64,000 nucleotides of DNA from Chloroflexota bacterium (GTDB lineage: Bacteria; Chloroflexota; UBA4733), in contig DAIMXP010000023.1 in the NCBI GenBank assembly GCA_036734945.1, positions 1-64,000 of the forward strand. Reading direction: 5' to 3'. A program made the position numbers and the translations under genes. Below the pieces are notes generated by a model. It saw only the letters and a program-made list of their open reading frames with translations, was not told where the DNA came from and made no database searches. Below, piece after piece: positions 18,922-29,193 of the stretch. Within the stretch, counting starts at the first letter, position 1; every line of letters starts with the position of its first letter.

Positions 18922-20310
18922 TCAGTCAACCATGCCGTACATATCCTCAACGGAGATGCAACGCACCAGCGGCTCCCTGGTCAGCGTGGCGCCGCAGCCG
19001 GTCCGTCCGTAGATCAGGCGAGGTGTGCCGCCGCGATATCCCGGCAACGCCGCCGAATGGTCATCAAGGTTGGTGAGTACTTCCCTACCCAACGGACGCG
19101 CCGACCACTTGACCGTGCCGACGAAGCTGATGTGATCACGGTCGCGCACGCCGACCAGATCAATCTCATGCGCTCCGTCGGTGCTCCACCAGGAGTCGAC
19201 GCGTTCCGCCTCCAGCTCTCCCTGAGCAGCAAGGCCGCGGGCGTGTTCGCGGGCCATCTCTTCAAAGATGCCGCCCATGTGTTCGTCGAGGTTCGGCAAG
19301 ATGCGCCCGTCCACCAGTTGGGCGCCGAGGCCGCGCGCGATGTGCGCCCGATTCGGCGCGATGAAGCGGAACCAGAAGGCAAAGTAGGGATCAATGATCC
19401 GATAGATGCCGCGTTTGCTACGCGCAGCGTCCGCCAAGGCAGGGATGCGCCGCTCCAGAATGCCGAGGGTCACGAGCCGCCGAAGCGGGCGCTCAACTGC
19501 AACTTTCGCATAATCGGCAATCTCACTGGGCCGTGTGCGACCCAGGGCAACGGCCTGCAAGACGCGAAATGCTCCTTCCAGTTCGGGGAGTTCGCCGGAG
19601 AGCACGAGTTCCGCTGCGTCGACCAGAGGACTTGTCGCGCTGCCAAAGAGCTGTATCAGGTTCGTGCGCCGGTCCAGAAGTGGATTCCATTGGGCCAAAT
19701 AGAGCGGTGTGCCGCCCAGCACGCCGTAGACGACTGCCCGCTCGGCGGCCGGTAAAGCAGGAACGAAATCGCCCGCCGCCCGATAGTCCAGTGGAGCGAC
19801 GCCGAGAGACGCCGTGGCGCGTTGGTGCAACGGCGCCGCCGACTCCATGGTCTGGCGCATATAGGCCACCGCTGAACCGCAGAGCACCAGCATGACGTTG
19901 CTGCGCTGGCCGCGCTGATCCCACCAGCGTTGGACGATGCTTTCCAGGCCGGGTGTGGAGTCAGTCAGGTATGGAAATTCATCGAGCACGACGACAAGGC
20001 GCTCCTGACCGGTGTTGGCGGTGACGAAGTTGAGGGCGATTGACCAGTCAGGAAAGATGTACCCCGGCGGCAGTCCCACATCGCCCAACGTGGCGCGCGC
20101 CACATCGGTGAACGCCGCCAGTTCGACAGCGGCGCTCTGTTGCGTCGCCGCGTAGTAGATGCAACGTCGCCGTTCGATGAAGGCTTGTAGCAGATAGGTC
20201 TTGCCGGCACGCCGACGACCCCACACCACGACCAGTTGACCGCCTGGGGCCTCTGCTCGCGCCTTCAGCACGGCGAGTTCGCGGTCCCGGTCGATCAGCT
20301 CCGTATTCAA
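18922..20310 (-). CDS. ATP-binding protein, archaeal-type ATPase (PF01637-like) with a DUF234 C-terminal region
   Basis: Walker A VVVWGRRRAGKTYLLQAF and Walker B VVVLDEFPYL. 462 aa. Confidence 0.65.
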   Translation of the reverse strand: MNTELIDRDRELAVLKARAEAPGGQLVVVWGRRRAGKTYLLQAFIERRRCIYYAATQQSAAVELAAFTDVARATLGDVGLPPGYIFPDWSIALNFVTANTGQERLVVVLDEFPYLTDSTPGLESIVQRWWDQRGQRSNVMLVLCGSAVAYMRQTMESAAPLHQRATASLGVAPLDYRAAGDFVPALPAAERAVVYGVLGGTPLYLAQWNPLLDRRTNLIQLFGSATSPLVDAAELVLSGELPELEGAFRVLQAVALGRTRPSEIADYAKVAVERPLRRLVTLGILERRIPALADAARSKRGIYRIIDPYFAFWFRFIAPNRAHIARGLGAQLVDGRILPNLDEHMGGIFEEMAREHARGLAAQGELEAERVDSWWSTDGAHEIDLVGVRDRDHISFVGTVKWSARPLGREVLTNLDDHSAALPGYRGGTPRLIYGRTGCGATLTREPLVRCISVEDMYGMVD

Positions 20311-20404
20311 GCTGCAAAGGTAGCATGCAGGCTTGCATCATGCAGCCTTACATGATGCAAGCCTGCATGCTCGCCACGACGGTAACCCGCTCGGGCGCTC
20401 AGTT

Positions 20405-22105
20405 TCAGCGCACCTTCTCGCGCCGTCTTGCCGGGGCGACGCCGTTCAGCAGGGGGCGGGCAGGGCCGTTGCGATCGGGCGGGGGGGCGACGCGCGCGGT
20501 AGCGGCAACCTGAGCGCTGCTATCCAGCGGCAGGTCGATGGTAAACGTCGCGCCGCGACCGGGAATGCTGCTGGCAACGATCGTGCCATGGTGCGCAGCC
20601 ACAATGGCCTTGGCGATGGCGAGCCCCAGGCCCATGCCGCCGCTGATACGGGCGCGGGAGGCGTCACTGCGGTAGAAGCGGTCGAAGATGCGGGGCAAAT
20701 CGGCCGCCGGGATGCCGGGGCCGCTGTCACTCACGCGCAGCCGGGCCGAATTGCCCATGCGAGCAGCCGACATCGTCACCACCGCGCCGGGCGGCGTGAA
20801 TTTTAAGGCGTTGTCGCCGATATTGATCAGCACTTGCTTCAGCTTGTCACGGTCACCCACGACCAGCAACGATCCGTCGGCACGGACTTCGATGGTGGCG
20901 TGCGTCCCGACCAGGCGCAGTTCGGCCGCAACGTCGCGCAACAGGGCGGCGACATCAACCTGACCCAACTGGAGCTGCGTCTGGCCCTCGACGCGGGAGA
21001 TTTGCAGCAGGTCGTTGACCAGTCGCGTCAAGCGCTGGATCTCCAGGTCCATCGTGCGCAACACCTTCTGCACGCGCTGCGGGTCGCCCTCGTCGGCCCC
21101 AAGCAGCAGCATCTCCACGTTGCCGCCCAGGGCGGTGAGTGGTGTGCGCAGTTCGTGCGCGGCGTCGGCAGTGAAGCGCTGCTGCGAGCGCAAGCTGGCT
21201 TCCAGCCGGTCAATCATGTGGTTGAAGTTGCGGGCCAACGTCGCCACCTCCCGGCTGCCGGCCGGTCCGGTGAAGCGGCGCGACAGATCGCCGCCGGCAA
21301 TCGTCCAGCTCACACCGGCCATGCGGTTAAGCGGCTGCAGGACGCGGCGTGTCAGGGCCAGCGCCAGAAAGGTACCGCCGCCCAGGGCAACGCCGCCGCC
21401 CACCAGCAACACGAAGTGGAAGATGGAAAGGAAGGTATCGATTTGCGCCAGGGAGGTACTGACCTCCAGCACGCCCTGGGTGCCGCCCGGCGATGTGGCC
21501 GGTTCCAGGAGCGTCGCCTGACGGCCCGGCGCCCGGCCGCTGTCGATGTGCTGCTGCTGTCCGGAAGCGTCCAGGCTCTTGATAAGCTGGCTGGGAGGCG
21601 CGAGCATGCCGTGCAGCAGGTTGCTGTCGCCGCCCTGGGCCACAACCGCACCGCTGCCGCTGATGAACCGGACAGCGACGTTCGCAGGAACGAACTGATC
21701 AAACCCCATATTGGGCGCCACCTGGGTCGACGGCACCGGCGTGGTGCTGGCGGTCGGTGTGGCAACAGGGCTGGCAGCCGTCGTGGCCCCACCCGGAGTC
21801 GGGCAGGGCGCCGTCGGTGATTCGCCGCACGGGAACATGGTCGGCATACTCAGCACGTTGCGCCCCCCAAAGGAGGTCATCATGGCTGAGCGCCCGTTTG
21901 CCGGCGGCGGCAGCACCTGCAACTGAGCGCCGGAGGCCAGGCGCGCGGCGTCCGCTTGCAACTGGCTGTAAACGCTCTGGTCGAGGACGTAGGTCAGGCC
22001 GGCGAAGAGGCCCAGTCCCAGCAAGCCCAGCGCAGCGCTCAGGCAGGCGACATAGAGGATCGCCAGTTGCCAGCGCAGGGAGATGCGGGAAAGCAGGAAG
22101 CGCAC
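20405..22105 (-). CDS. Sensor histidine kinase
   Basis: N-terminal TM, a Pro/Thr-rich periplasmic linker, a second TM plus HAMP-like segment, HisKA H-box HELRTPLTAL, and HATPase_c G-boxes DSGPGIP / GGMGLGLAI. Confidence 0.8.
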   Translation of the reverse strand: MRFLLSRISLRWQLAILYVACLSAALGLLGLGLFAGLTYVLDQSVYSQLQADAARLASGAQLQVLPPPANGRSAMMTSFGGRNVLSMPTMFPCGESPTAPCPTPGGATTAASPVATPTASTTPVPSTQVAPNMGFDQFVPANVAVRFISGSGAVVAQGGDSNLLHGMLAPPSQLIKSLDASGQQQHIDSGRAPGRQATLLEPATSPGGTQGVLEVSTSLAQIDTFLSIFHFVLLVGGGVALGGGTFLALALTRRVLQPLNRMAGVSWTIAGGDLSRRFTGPAGSREVATLARNFNHMIDRLEASLRSQQRFTADAAHELRTPLTALGGNVEMLLLGADEGDPQRVQKVLRTMDLEIQRLTRLVNDLLQISRVEGQTQLQLGQVDVAALLRDVAAELRLVGTHATIEVRADGSLLVVGDRDKLKQVLINIGDNALKFTPPGAVVTMSAARMGNSARLRVSDSGPGIPAADLPRIFDRFYRSDASRARISGGMGLGLAIAKAIVAAHHGTIVASSIPGRGATFTIDLPLDSSAQVAATARVAPPPDRNGPARPLLNGVAPARRREKVR

Positions 22106-22109
22106 CGCC

Positions 22110-22832
22110 TCACCCCCCGCCGGGCAGACGCAAGCAATAGCCGACGCCCCGCACCGTCTGAATCAAGCGTCGCTCGCTATCACCCAGCTTCTCGCGCAAC
22201 GAACTGATGTGGACCTCGACCACGTTGGTGTCACCGATGTAGTGGTAACCCCAGAGCCGGTTGAGGATCGTTTCGCGCGAGAAGACCTGACGGGGATGGG
22301 CCAGGAAGAGTTCAAGCACGTCAAACTCGCGTGGCGTCAACAGGACCGCGCCGCCATTGCGCCAGACTTCTCGCGTGTCGCGATTCAGCACGACGTCGGC
22401 GTAGCGCAAGACCTGATGCAGCGTCTTGCCGCGACGGCGGAGCACCGAGCGCACGCGGGCGAGCAACTCCTGGAAGCGGAACGGCTTGACGATATAGTCG
22501 TCGGCGCCGCCGTCCAGACCGGCGATGCGGTCCTGCAACTCCCCTTTGGCGGTCAGCATGATGATCGGCACGTCGCTGGTGGCGGAGATGCGCCGGCAAA
22601 CCTCCAACCCGTCGGTGCCGGGCAGCATGATGTCCAGGATGATCAGGTCCGGCTTCAGCCGGGTGGCCATACGTAGGGCGGTGGGACCATCGGCGGCCGT
22701 ATCCACATGGTAACCCTCGTGGGTCAAGCCCAGTTCCAGAAATTCGCGGATGGTCTCCTCGTCATCGACCACCAGAATGCGCGGCGCCGCTTCGGCGGAC
22801 TGCTCCTGCGGAGACAACTCGGTCGCTGCCAT
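22110..22832 (-). CDS. OmpR-family response regulator
   Basis: ATG after an AGGAGG RBS. Receiver motif ILVVDDEETI...DLIILDIMLPGTDG and a C-terminal winged-helix domain. It overlaps the HK start. Confidence 0.8.
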   Translation of the reverse strand: MAATELSPQEQSAEAAPRILVVDDEETIREFLELGLTHEGYHVDTAADGPTALRMATRLKPDLIILDIMLPGTDGLEVCRRISATSDVPIIMLTAKGELQDRIAGLDGGADDYIVKPFRFQELLARVRSVLRRRGKTLHQVLRYADVVLNRDTREVWRNGGAVLLTPREFDVLELFLAHPRQVFSRETILNRLWGYHYIGDTNVVEVHISSLREKLGDSERRLIQTVRGVGYCLRLPGGG

Positions 22833-23059
22833 GGGTGCTCCTCCTGTGCCATCGCCGCGGTAATCGCTGCGCAGGTGGACTTGAAGCAAAGTAGTTCGGG
22901 CGCAGCGGCCCCATCCTGTCATTGATGATACCGGCCAGGCTGAAGGGAAGGGGCGGAACAACTGAAGGTTTGCTGAAGAGGGCTATATCAGCAGCCGTGC
23001 CCAGTCGAGCATCAATTGGGCGTGTGGCATAATCGCCGCTAGCGTGAAAGGACAACATC

Positions 23060-23902
23060 GTGGAACTGCTTTACCTGGGAACCGCTGCCGCTGAAGGGTA
23101 TCCTGCCCTGTTCTGTTCCTGCCAAAACTGTCTTTCAGCCCGCGCGGCCGGCGGGCGCTGCCTGCGGCGGCGCACTTCAGCCCTGATTGATGGCGAACTG
23201 TTAATTGATGTTGGCCCTGATCTGCTCGCTGCCACCCATGCACTGCAGCTCAGCCTCGACAGCGTGCGCTGGGTGCTGCAGACGCACAGCCACTCCGACC
23301 ACCTGCTGGAGAGCAACTTCACCTTCCGCGAACAAGGGTTCACCGGCACCGTCCCGGCCTGGTGGGAACTCTGCGGCTCCCAACCGACGATTGACATCAT
23401 CACCGGCTTTGGCAATCTCGATCAGCGGCGTCTCACATTAAGAACCGTTGCAGCGTTTGAGACCTTCACGCTGGGTCCCTACACCGTTACTGCCCTGCGC
23501 GCCCGCCACGACATGAGCATCGACCCGCTGTTCTATGCCATACGCCGGGACAATGCCGCAATACTGTGGGCGAACGACACCGGCGCGTTCTTCCCAGAAA
23601 CCTGGCAGGCGCTCGACCAACTCGCGCAAGCCGGCGTGCGTTTCGGCTTCGTCGGCATCGAGGCGACGATGGGCACGGCTGCTACACCGGACGGCGACAA
23701 TCCCGGCGGCCATATGACCATCGAACAGTGCGCCTGGCATCACCAGGAGTTGGGTCGCCGCGGTCTCCTGGCCCCCGGCGCGCAACTGTTCGCCCACCAC
23801 CTGTCGCATGCCAACAACCCGCCACACGCTGAGCTAGAGGACAAATTGCGTCCCCACGGGGTGGCGCCGGCGTATGACGGGCTACGAGTGACGGTGAGAT
23901 GA
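23060..23902 (+). CDS. MBL-fold metallo-hydrolase
   Basis: HSHSDH metal-binding motif and beta-lactamase fold spacing. Confidence 0.65.
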   Translation: MELLYLGTAAAEGYPALFCSCQNCLSARAAGGRCLRRRTSALIDGELLIDVGPDLLAATHALQLSLDSVRWVLQTHSHSDHLLESNFTFREQGFTGTVPAWWELCGSQPTIDIITGFGNLDQRRLTLRTVAAFETFTLGPYTVTALRARHDMSIDPLFYAIRRDNAAILWANDTGAFFPETWQALDQLAQAGVRFGFVGIEATMGTAATPDGDNPGGHMTIEQCAWHHQELGRRGLLAPGAQLFAHHLSHANNPPHAELEDKLRPHGVAPAYDGLRVTVR

Positions 23903-23933
23903 GCAGGGAACGGTGAGTACCGTCGCCTGGCGG

Positions 23934-24698
23934 CTATGTATCCTGTCCGCGCCGTAGGCGATCTAACTCCGCGCGAAGACACGCGACTTCCGCCTCCGCG
24001 TTCTGTCGCGCCTCCGTCTCCAGGTGCTGACGCGCTTCTGCCGCGCGCTGCGATGCTTCTGCCGCGCGCTGCGATGCCTCCGCTTCCCGGATGCGAAGTT
24101 GTTGGGCATGGAGTGGTGTAAGTTGCGCTCCGCTGCGCCCGTCCAGCACCTCCAGGACGTCATCAACGATCATAAAGCGGATCGGCAGCACCCTGCTGGC
24201 GAAACTGCCGTCCGCTTCCTCCAACAAGGGCTCCGGACCCTCCCGGCCCAGCAAGTTCCAGCCGCGGATTCGTGGCCCGGCAAACTCGCCCGACGGGTTG
24301 AAGAGCCAGTACTCGGGAATGCGTAGCTTGTGATAGGCATCAAGCTTCCCGACCTGGTCGGCCTTGAGAGAGGTAGGTGAGAGGTATTCCGCAACCAGAT
24401 CGGGCATCTTGCCTTCTTGCCACGGATCGTAGACGCGGTGATTGCGCTGGGGCACTCCCCGCGCCACAAGCAAGTCGGGCTGCAGCATCGGCTCTCGTCC
24501 CGCCGCGTCCCGGCGCAGCCAGCGCTGGAAACTGACGTAGCAGTCGGGGCCGGCAAAGCGCTCAAAGAGGACGGTGTAGCAAAAGATCTGCTCCATATAG
24601 TGGTAATCGCTCGCCAACGGCTCGTCCCCTTCCTCGCTGTATTCCAGTTCCATCGGGTCAAGCACTGGAAAGAGGGTCAAAGTCTCCTGTTGCAGCAT
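23934..24698 (-). CDS. Uma2 family (DUF820) PD-(D/E)XK-like endonuclease
   Basis: PDLVAEYLSP...KLDAYHKLRIPEYWLFNP core. A C-terminal coiled-coil carries a 21-bp tandem duplication. Confidence 0.65.
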   Translation of the reverse strand: MLQQETLTLFPVLDPMELEYSEEGDEPLASDYHYMEQIFCYTVLFERFAGPDCYVSFQRWLRRDAAGREPMLQPDLLVARGVPQRNHRVYDPWQEGKMPDLVAEYLSPTSLKADQVGKLDAYHKLRIPEYWLFNPSGEFAGPRIRGWNLLGREGPEPLLEEADGSFASRVLPIRFMIVDDVLEVLDGRSGAQLTPLHAQQLRIREAEASQRAAEASQRAAEARQHLETEARQNAEAEVACLRAELDRLRRGQDT

Positions 24699-24839
24699 CG
24701 CGTTCCATCCTTACCGAATGTCGGTCCTGCCTGGCCATCCACGCTGAACATGAGTATAGGTGGTCCGATCTCGTTCCCGCCGCGAGGCGGAAGACTCCCG
24801 CCGATGATACTGCCTGCCCGAACCGCCACCAGGTACCCT

Positions 24840-25688
24840 TCAGCGATGGTCCTTCGCCATGGTCCGCTCCGCCGCTTGGCGCATCACGTCGATTGGCGCC
24901 GGCTGGCCGGTCCAAAGTTGGAACGATTCCGCGCCCTGATAGACGAGCATCGGCAGACCGCCGAGCACGCGAGCGCCGGCCTGGCGAGCCTCCCGCATGA
25001 GGCGGGTCTCCAGGGGATTGGCGACCAGATCAAATACCAGGGCATTGGCAGCCAGGAGCGGCTCGGGCAACGGCGTGGCATCCACGCCTGCGCCGAGCAT
25101 GCCGGCGGGTGTCGCGTTCACCACGAGCGGCGCCTCCGCCAGGACGGCCTGAAACTCCAGGCTATGCCAAGCGAGCACAGTAACGCGATCATTGCCCAGA
25201 GCGGCGGCGAGGTCATCGGCGCGCCGGCGATGGTGGTTAGCGAGCCACAGTCGCCCGACGCCGGCTCCGAGCAGCGCCACGGCGACAGCGCGGGCGGCGC
25301 CACCGGCGCCGAGCAACAGCACGTCCGCCCCGACGGGATCGAAGCCTCCATCGTCCCGCAGCGCCCGTAAGAACCCTCCTACATCGGTGTTATAGCCAGC
25401 CAGTTGCCCGTCCTCGTTGACGAGCGTATTGCTTGCCCCTATTTGCTCCACCAGTGGGTCACGGCGCGCCAGGTAGGGCAACACGGCCAGCTTGTAGGGA
25501 ATGGTGACGTTGCTCCCCAGCGCATCCGGCTGGGTCAGCCGCGCCAGGTGAACGGCCAGCGCCTCCGGCGCCAGTTCCCAGGCGTGGTAGTACACATCCA
25601 GTCCCAGCGTGTCAAAGGCGGCCTGTTGAAAGACTGCGGAGATGGAGTGGCGAAGCGACTGGCCGATGACGCCGCAGACGCGCGTCAC
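24840..25688 (-). CDS. aroE: Shikimate dehydrogenase
   Basis: GVIGQSLRHSIS, NVTIPYK and NTLVNEDGQLAGYNTDVGGF motifs. Confidence 0.8.
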   Translation of the reverse strand: MTRVCGVIGQSLRHSISAVFQQAAFDTLGLDVYYHAWELAPEALAVHLARLTQPDALGSNVTIPYKLAVLPYLARRDPLVEQIGASNTLVNEDGQLAGYNTDVGGFLRALRDDGGFDPVGADVLLLGAGGAARAVAVALLGAGVGRLWLANHHRRRADDLAAALGNDRVTVLAWHSLEFQAVLAEAPLVVNATPAGMLGAGVDATPLPEPLLAANALVFDLVANPLETRLMREARQAGARVLGGLPMLVYQGAESFQLWTGQPAPIDVMRQAAERTMAKDHR

Positions 25689-26023
25689 GGTCGGCGCGAG
25701 CTGCGGAATAGCGACTGGAAGTTACCGTCGAAGGCAGCCAGGTACTCGTGCATCGCCAGGACATCCTCGGTCTCTACCGGCCCATCCACGTTCGGCAACC
25801 CTTCGTCAAAGGGGTCGGCCAGGCAGTGGTGCAGGCGGGTCAGCAAATCGCCGGTGAAGCACACACGGTTGGCAATCGCGCCGCACCCTTCACAGTGCGT
25901 GGCAATCACGGCCGTGGCCGTGCGGCGACTCAGCACGCGCAACAGGTGCAAGCGTTCGCCGCACTGGGGGCAGCCTGACGATGCCAGGCACTGCTCGATC
26001 GCCCCGTCCAGCCCGTCGTCCAC
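25685..26023 (-). CDS. Hypothetical zinc-ribbon protein
   Basis: CPQCG...CEGCG pairs. Sits between aroE and pheA with a 4-nt overlap. Confidence 0.35.
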   Translation of the reverse strand: MDDGLDGAIEQCLASSGCPQCGERLHLLRVLSRRTATAVIATHCEGCGAIANRVCFTGDLLTRLHHCLADPFDEGLPNVDGPVETEDVLAMHEYLAAFDGNFQSLFRSSRRP

Positions 26024-26107
26024 ACCGCCTCCGTCGCTGATTGCCGTGGGGGCATTGTACGTGCCGACGCCACTGGAGGGAAGGCAGTCATGCCCCGGAA
26101 GCAGAGG

Positions 26108-27250
26108 CTATGCCTTGACGGCAGCAAGTTCGCCTTGCCGCCAGGCGCCCAGCACGCGCACGGAGAGACAATACTCGCGCAACTCTTCCAGCGCCGCCTC
26201 CACATCCGGGTCGTTCGGGTGGCCGATGATCTCCAGGAAGAAGACGTAGTCCCAGACGCGGCGCTGCGACGGCCGGTGGTCGAAGTGGGTCATGTTCAAA
26301 CGGTGGCGTACCAGGCAGCCGGTGATATCGTGCAAAGCGCCGACCCGGTCGCGGATGGAGAGCATCACGGCGGTGCGGTCGTTGCCGGAGCGCTGGCCGA
26401 TCTGGTGTCCCAGCACATAGAAGCGGGTGGCGTTGTCGCTGCGATCCTGCACGTGCTCGGCCAGCACTTTCAGGTGATAGTGCTCGGCGGCGATGCGAGC
26501 ACCGATGGAGGCGGCGGTCGGGTCGTCCTGCGCCAACTCGGCGGCGCGACTGGTACTGGAGACTTCGATCTGCTCCGCCGCCGGCAGGTGCGTCGCCAGC
26601 CAGTTGCGGCACTGGCCAATCGCCACAGGGTGCGAATAGACCCGGCGCACGCTGCTGAGCGGCCCCAGGCCAAGCAGGAATTGGCTGATCGGCAGGATGA
26701 TCTCCGCACAGACCTTGAGGTTCTGGTCGGCGTTGACAAAGGCGTCCAGCGTCGCCGTGACGACTCCCTGGATAGAGTTCTCGATGGCGGCGACGCCATA
26801 GTCGGCGGTGCCGCGTTCTACGGCGGCAAACACGTCCTTCACCGCCGGTTGCGGCAAGTAGCGCGCTGCGGAGCCGAAGCGCCGGTTGGCGGCCTCATGC
26901 GTGAAGGTGTGCGACGGACCCAGGTAGGCGACGGTGAGGTGATCCTCCAGGGAACGCATGGCGGAGAGAATCTCGCGATAGATCGCCTTCAGGCTGTCGC
27001 CCGTCAGCGGCCCCTGGCTGGCAGCGCGCACGTTCTCATAGACGTTCTCTTCGCGTTCCGGGATGAATGCGGCCACGCTGCCCTGCTGCTTGATCCGCCC
27101 GACCCGCTCCACGACCCGAGCGCGCGTGTTGAGCAAGGCCACCAACTGGCGATCCAGGTCGTCGATTTCTTCGCGGCAGGCTGCCAGGAGAGCGGCAGTC
27201 TCGGCAGCAGCGGGCGGCAACTTACTCGCGTCGATTGGTTCGTCCATCAA
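26108..27250 (-). CDS. pheA: Bifunctional chorismate mutase / prephenate dehydratase (P-protein)
   Basis: N-terminal CM_2 helix region, prephenate dehydratase domain VAYLGPSHTFTHEAA, and a C-terminal ACT domain. Confidence 0.8.
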   Translation of the reverse strand: MMDEPIDASKLPPAAAETAALLAACREEIDDLDRQLVALLNTRARVVERVGRIKQQGSVAAFIPEREENVYENVRAASQGPLTGDSLKAIYREILSAMRSLEDHLTVAYLGPSHTFTHEAANRRFGSAARYLPQPAVKDVFAAVERGTADYGVAAIENSIQGVVTATLDAFVNADQNLKVCAEIILPISQFLLGLGPLSSVRRVYSHPVAIGQCRNWLATHLPAAEQIEVSSTSRAAELAQDDPTAASIGARIAAEHYHLKVLAEHVQDRSDNATRFYVLGHQIGQRSGNDRTAVMLSIRDRVGALHDITGCLVRHRLNMTHFDHRPSQRRVWDYVFFLEIIGHPNDPDVEAALEELREYCLSVRVLGAWRQGELAAVKA

Positions 27251-27586
27251 GGCGTTCGTGCCGCTGCCATTTCTGCTCTTGTCGCCAGCGCTGCCGATGG
27301 TAGCGCCGAAAGGCGATTGATGTCAACGGGCGGCGAAGTGGCGAAGTGGTTTGTTTCGTTGCGTGTTCGTCCAGCGTATAGGAGAGAACTCCTATTTGGC
27401 AGGCGAGCGGCGCATCTGTCGTATCATTCCATCCAGAGAATTGCGGTACGACCATTTGTACCCTGTTTCGGTCTGTCTTGCAGAGTAGCGCGGAATACAA
27501 GAGTAGATTTATCCGGCGCAAAACGCAGGCAAGGTCGAAGCGGGGACGGGCACGCCTGAAGGTACGGGGCTGGAGGCGGGGTTGAC

Positions 27587-29127
27587 GTGGCAGACCTCCA
27601 AGCGGTCGGGATCGACCTCGGCACAACCTACTCGTCGGTAGCGATCGTCGATGCCCAGGGCAACGTCCAGCTTATCCCTAACGCCGAGTCCGAACGGTTG
27701 ACGCCGTCGGCTGTCTACTTCGATGACGACTCCATCGTGGTGGGTCAGATTGCCAAGGATAAGGCGGCCAGCGACCCCGATCGGGCGGTGCTCTTTGTCA
27801 AACGCCAGATGGGCAGCCTCCATTGGCTCTTCGGCCACGAGGACCAGCGCTACTCCCCAACCGATGTCTCCGCCATCATCCTGGCAAAGCTCAAGCGGGA
27901 CGCCGAACAGTACCTCAATCGTCCCCTTCCCTACGCCGTCATCACGTGCCTGCCTATTTCGATGACGACCGGCGACGGGCCACCATTGCGGCCGGGGAGC
28001 TAGCGGGCTTCAAGGTGCTTGATCTGGTCAACGAGCCAACCGCTGCGGCGGTCGCCTTCGGCGTGGAACGCAGCACACAGGACGAGACGGTGCTGGTCTA
28101 CGACCTCGGAGGGGGGACGTTCGACGTCACGCTCATGCATGTGGCGGGCAAGCAGATTCGGATCATCGGGACGGATGGAGATCATCAGCTCGGCGGTAAA
28201 GATTTCGACGACGCCATAATGGTGTACGCCGTTGAGGCCTTTCAACGCGAACACGGCTTCGATCCGTCCATTGACCCCTTTGTGGCGGCGGAGTTGCGCG
28301 GTCAAGCTGAACGAGCCAAACGGGAACTGAGCAAGCTGACCAAGGCATCCCTGGCTGTGCGCGCTCAAGGCAAAAGTACGCGCGCTGTGCTTTCCCGCGA
28401 ACAGTTCGAGGCGCTGATCAAGCCAAAGCTGGATACGACACTGGCGCTGGTACGCACGGTCATCACGGAGGCGAAAGTAGCACCCGGACAGGTGGACCGT
28501 GTGCTTCTCATCGGCGGCTCGACGCGCGTGCCGGCGGTGGCCCAGGCACTGGAGCGCTACTTCGGCAAGGCTCCCGATGCTTCCGTGAACCCGGATGAGG
28601 CAGTGGCGCTGGGAGCCGCGCTCATGGCCGCGCGGAAAATGGTCGACGCAGCCCCGTTGGAGGCGCCCCCGAAGGTGATCGAGAAGGTGGGTGGACTGGA
28701 AGTCACCGACGTCTCCGCGCACAGCCTCGGCATCGAAGCCTTCGTTCCCGGCACCAGTCAGCGCCTCAATAGCATCCTGATCCCCCGGAACAGCCCGATC
28801 CCCACGGAAGTCTCGCGCGAGTTCGTGACCGCCCTTCCCGGTCAGACCGCGATCAAGGTCACGATCTATCAAGGTGAATTTCCAGACCCCAACCTCTGTA
28901 ACCCCATCGGGGAGTTCACGCTCACGGGTCTGCCAGCGAACCGTTCGGCAGGACAGAAGGTAAGGGTGACGGTTTCCTGCGGAACCAGCGGTGTGGTGAA
29001 CGTGACTGCACTCGACATCGCCACGGGTCACCAGACTGCCACCGAGGTGAGTTACCGTGGCGACAAGGGTGGCGAAGCCAAGAAGAGCGCCCGAGACCGC
29101 TGGAAGACGGCGAAGCCGATCGTCTGA
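27587..29127 (+). pseudogene. Hsp70-family protein lacking the C-terminal lid, interrupted by a -1 frameshift near 27946
   Basis: N-terminus AVGIDLGTTYSSVAIV. The frame switches after AVIT (expected AVITVPAYF; the sequence atcac|gtgcct lacks 1 nt). The downstream frame reads VPAYFDDDRRRATIAAGELAGFKVLDLVNEPTAAAVAFG. Confidence 0.7.
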
Positions 29128-29193
29128 GGACGTGCAGGAGAATTCGAAGCCACGGTGCGCGTCGGGCGCAGGGAGAAGCAGTAGGGGGTATAC

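Noticed and set aside
27587-29127. Canonical dnaK
   Set aside because: It lacks the C-terminal lid, has no grpE or canonical dnaJ nearby, and is embedded among non-canonical J-like membrane proteins. It is probably a specialised Hsp70 paralogue.
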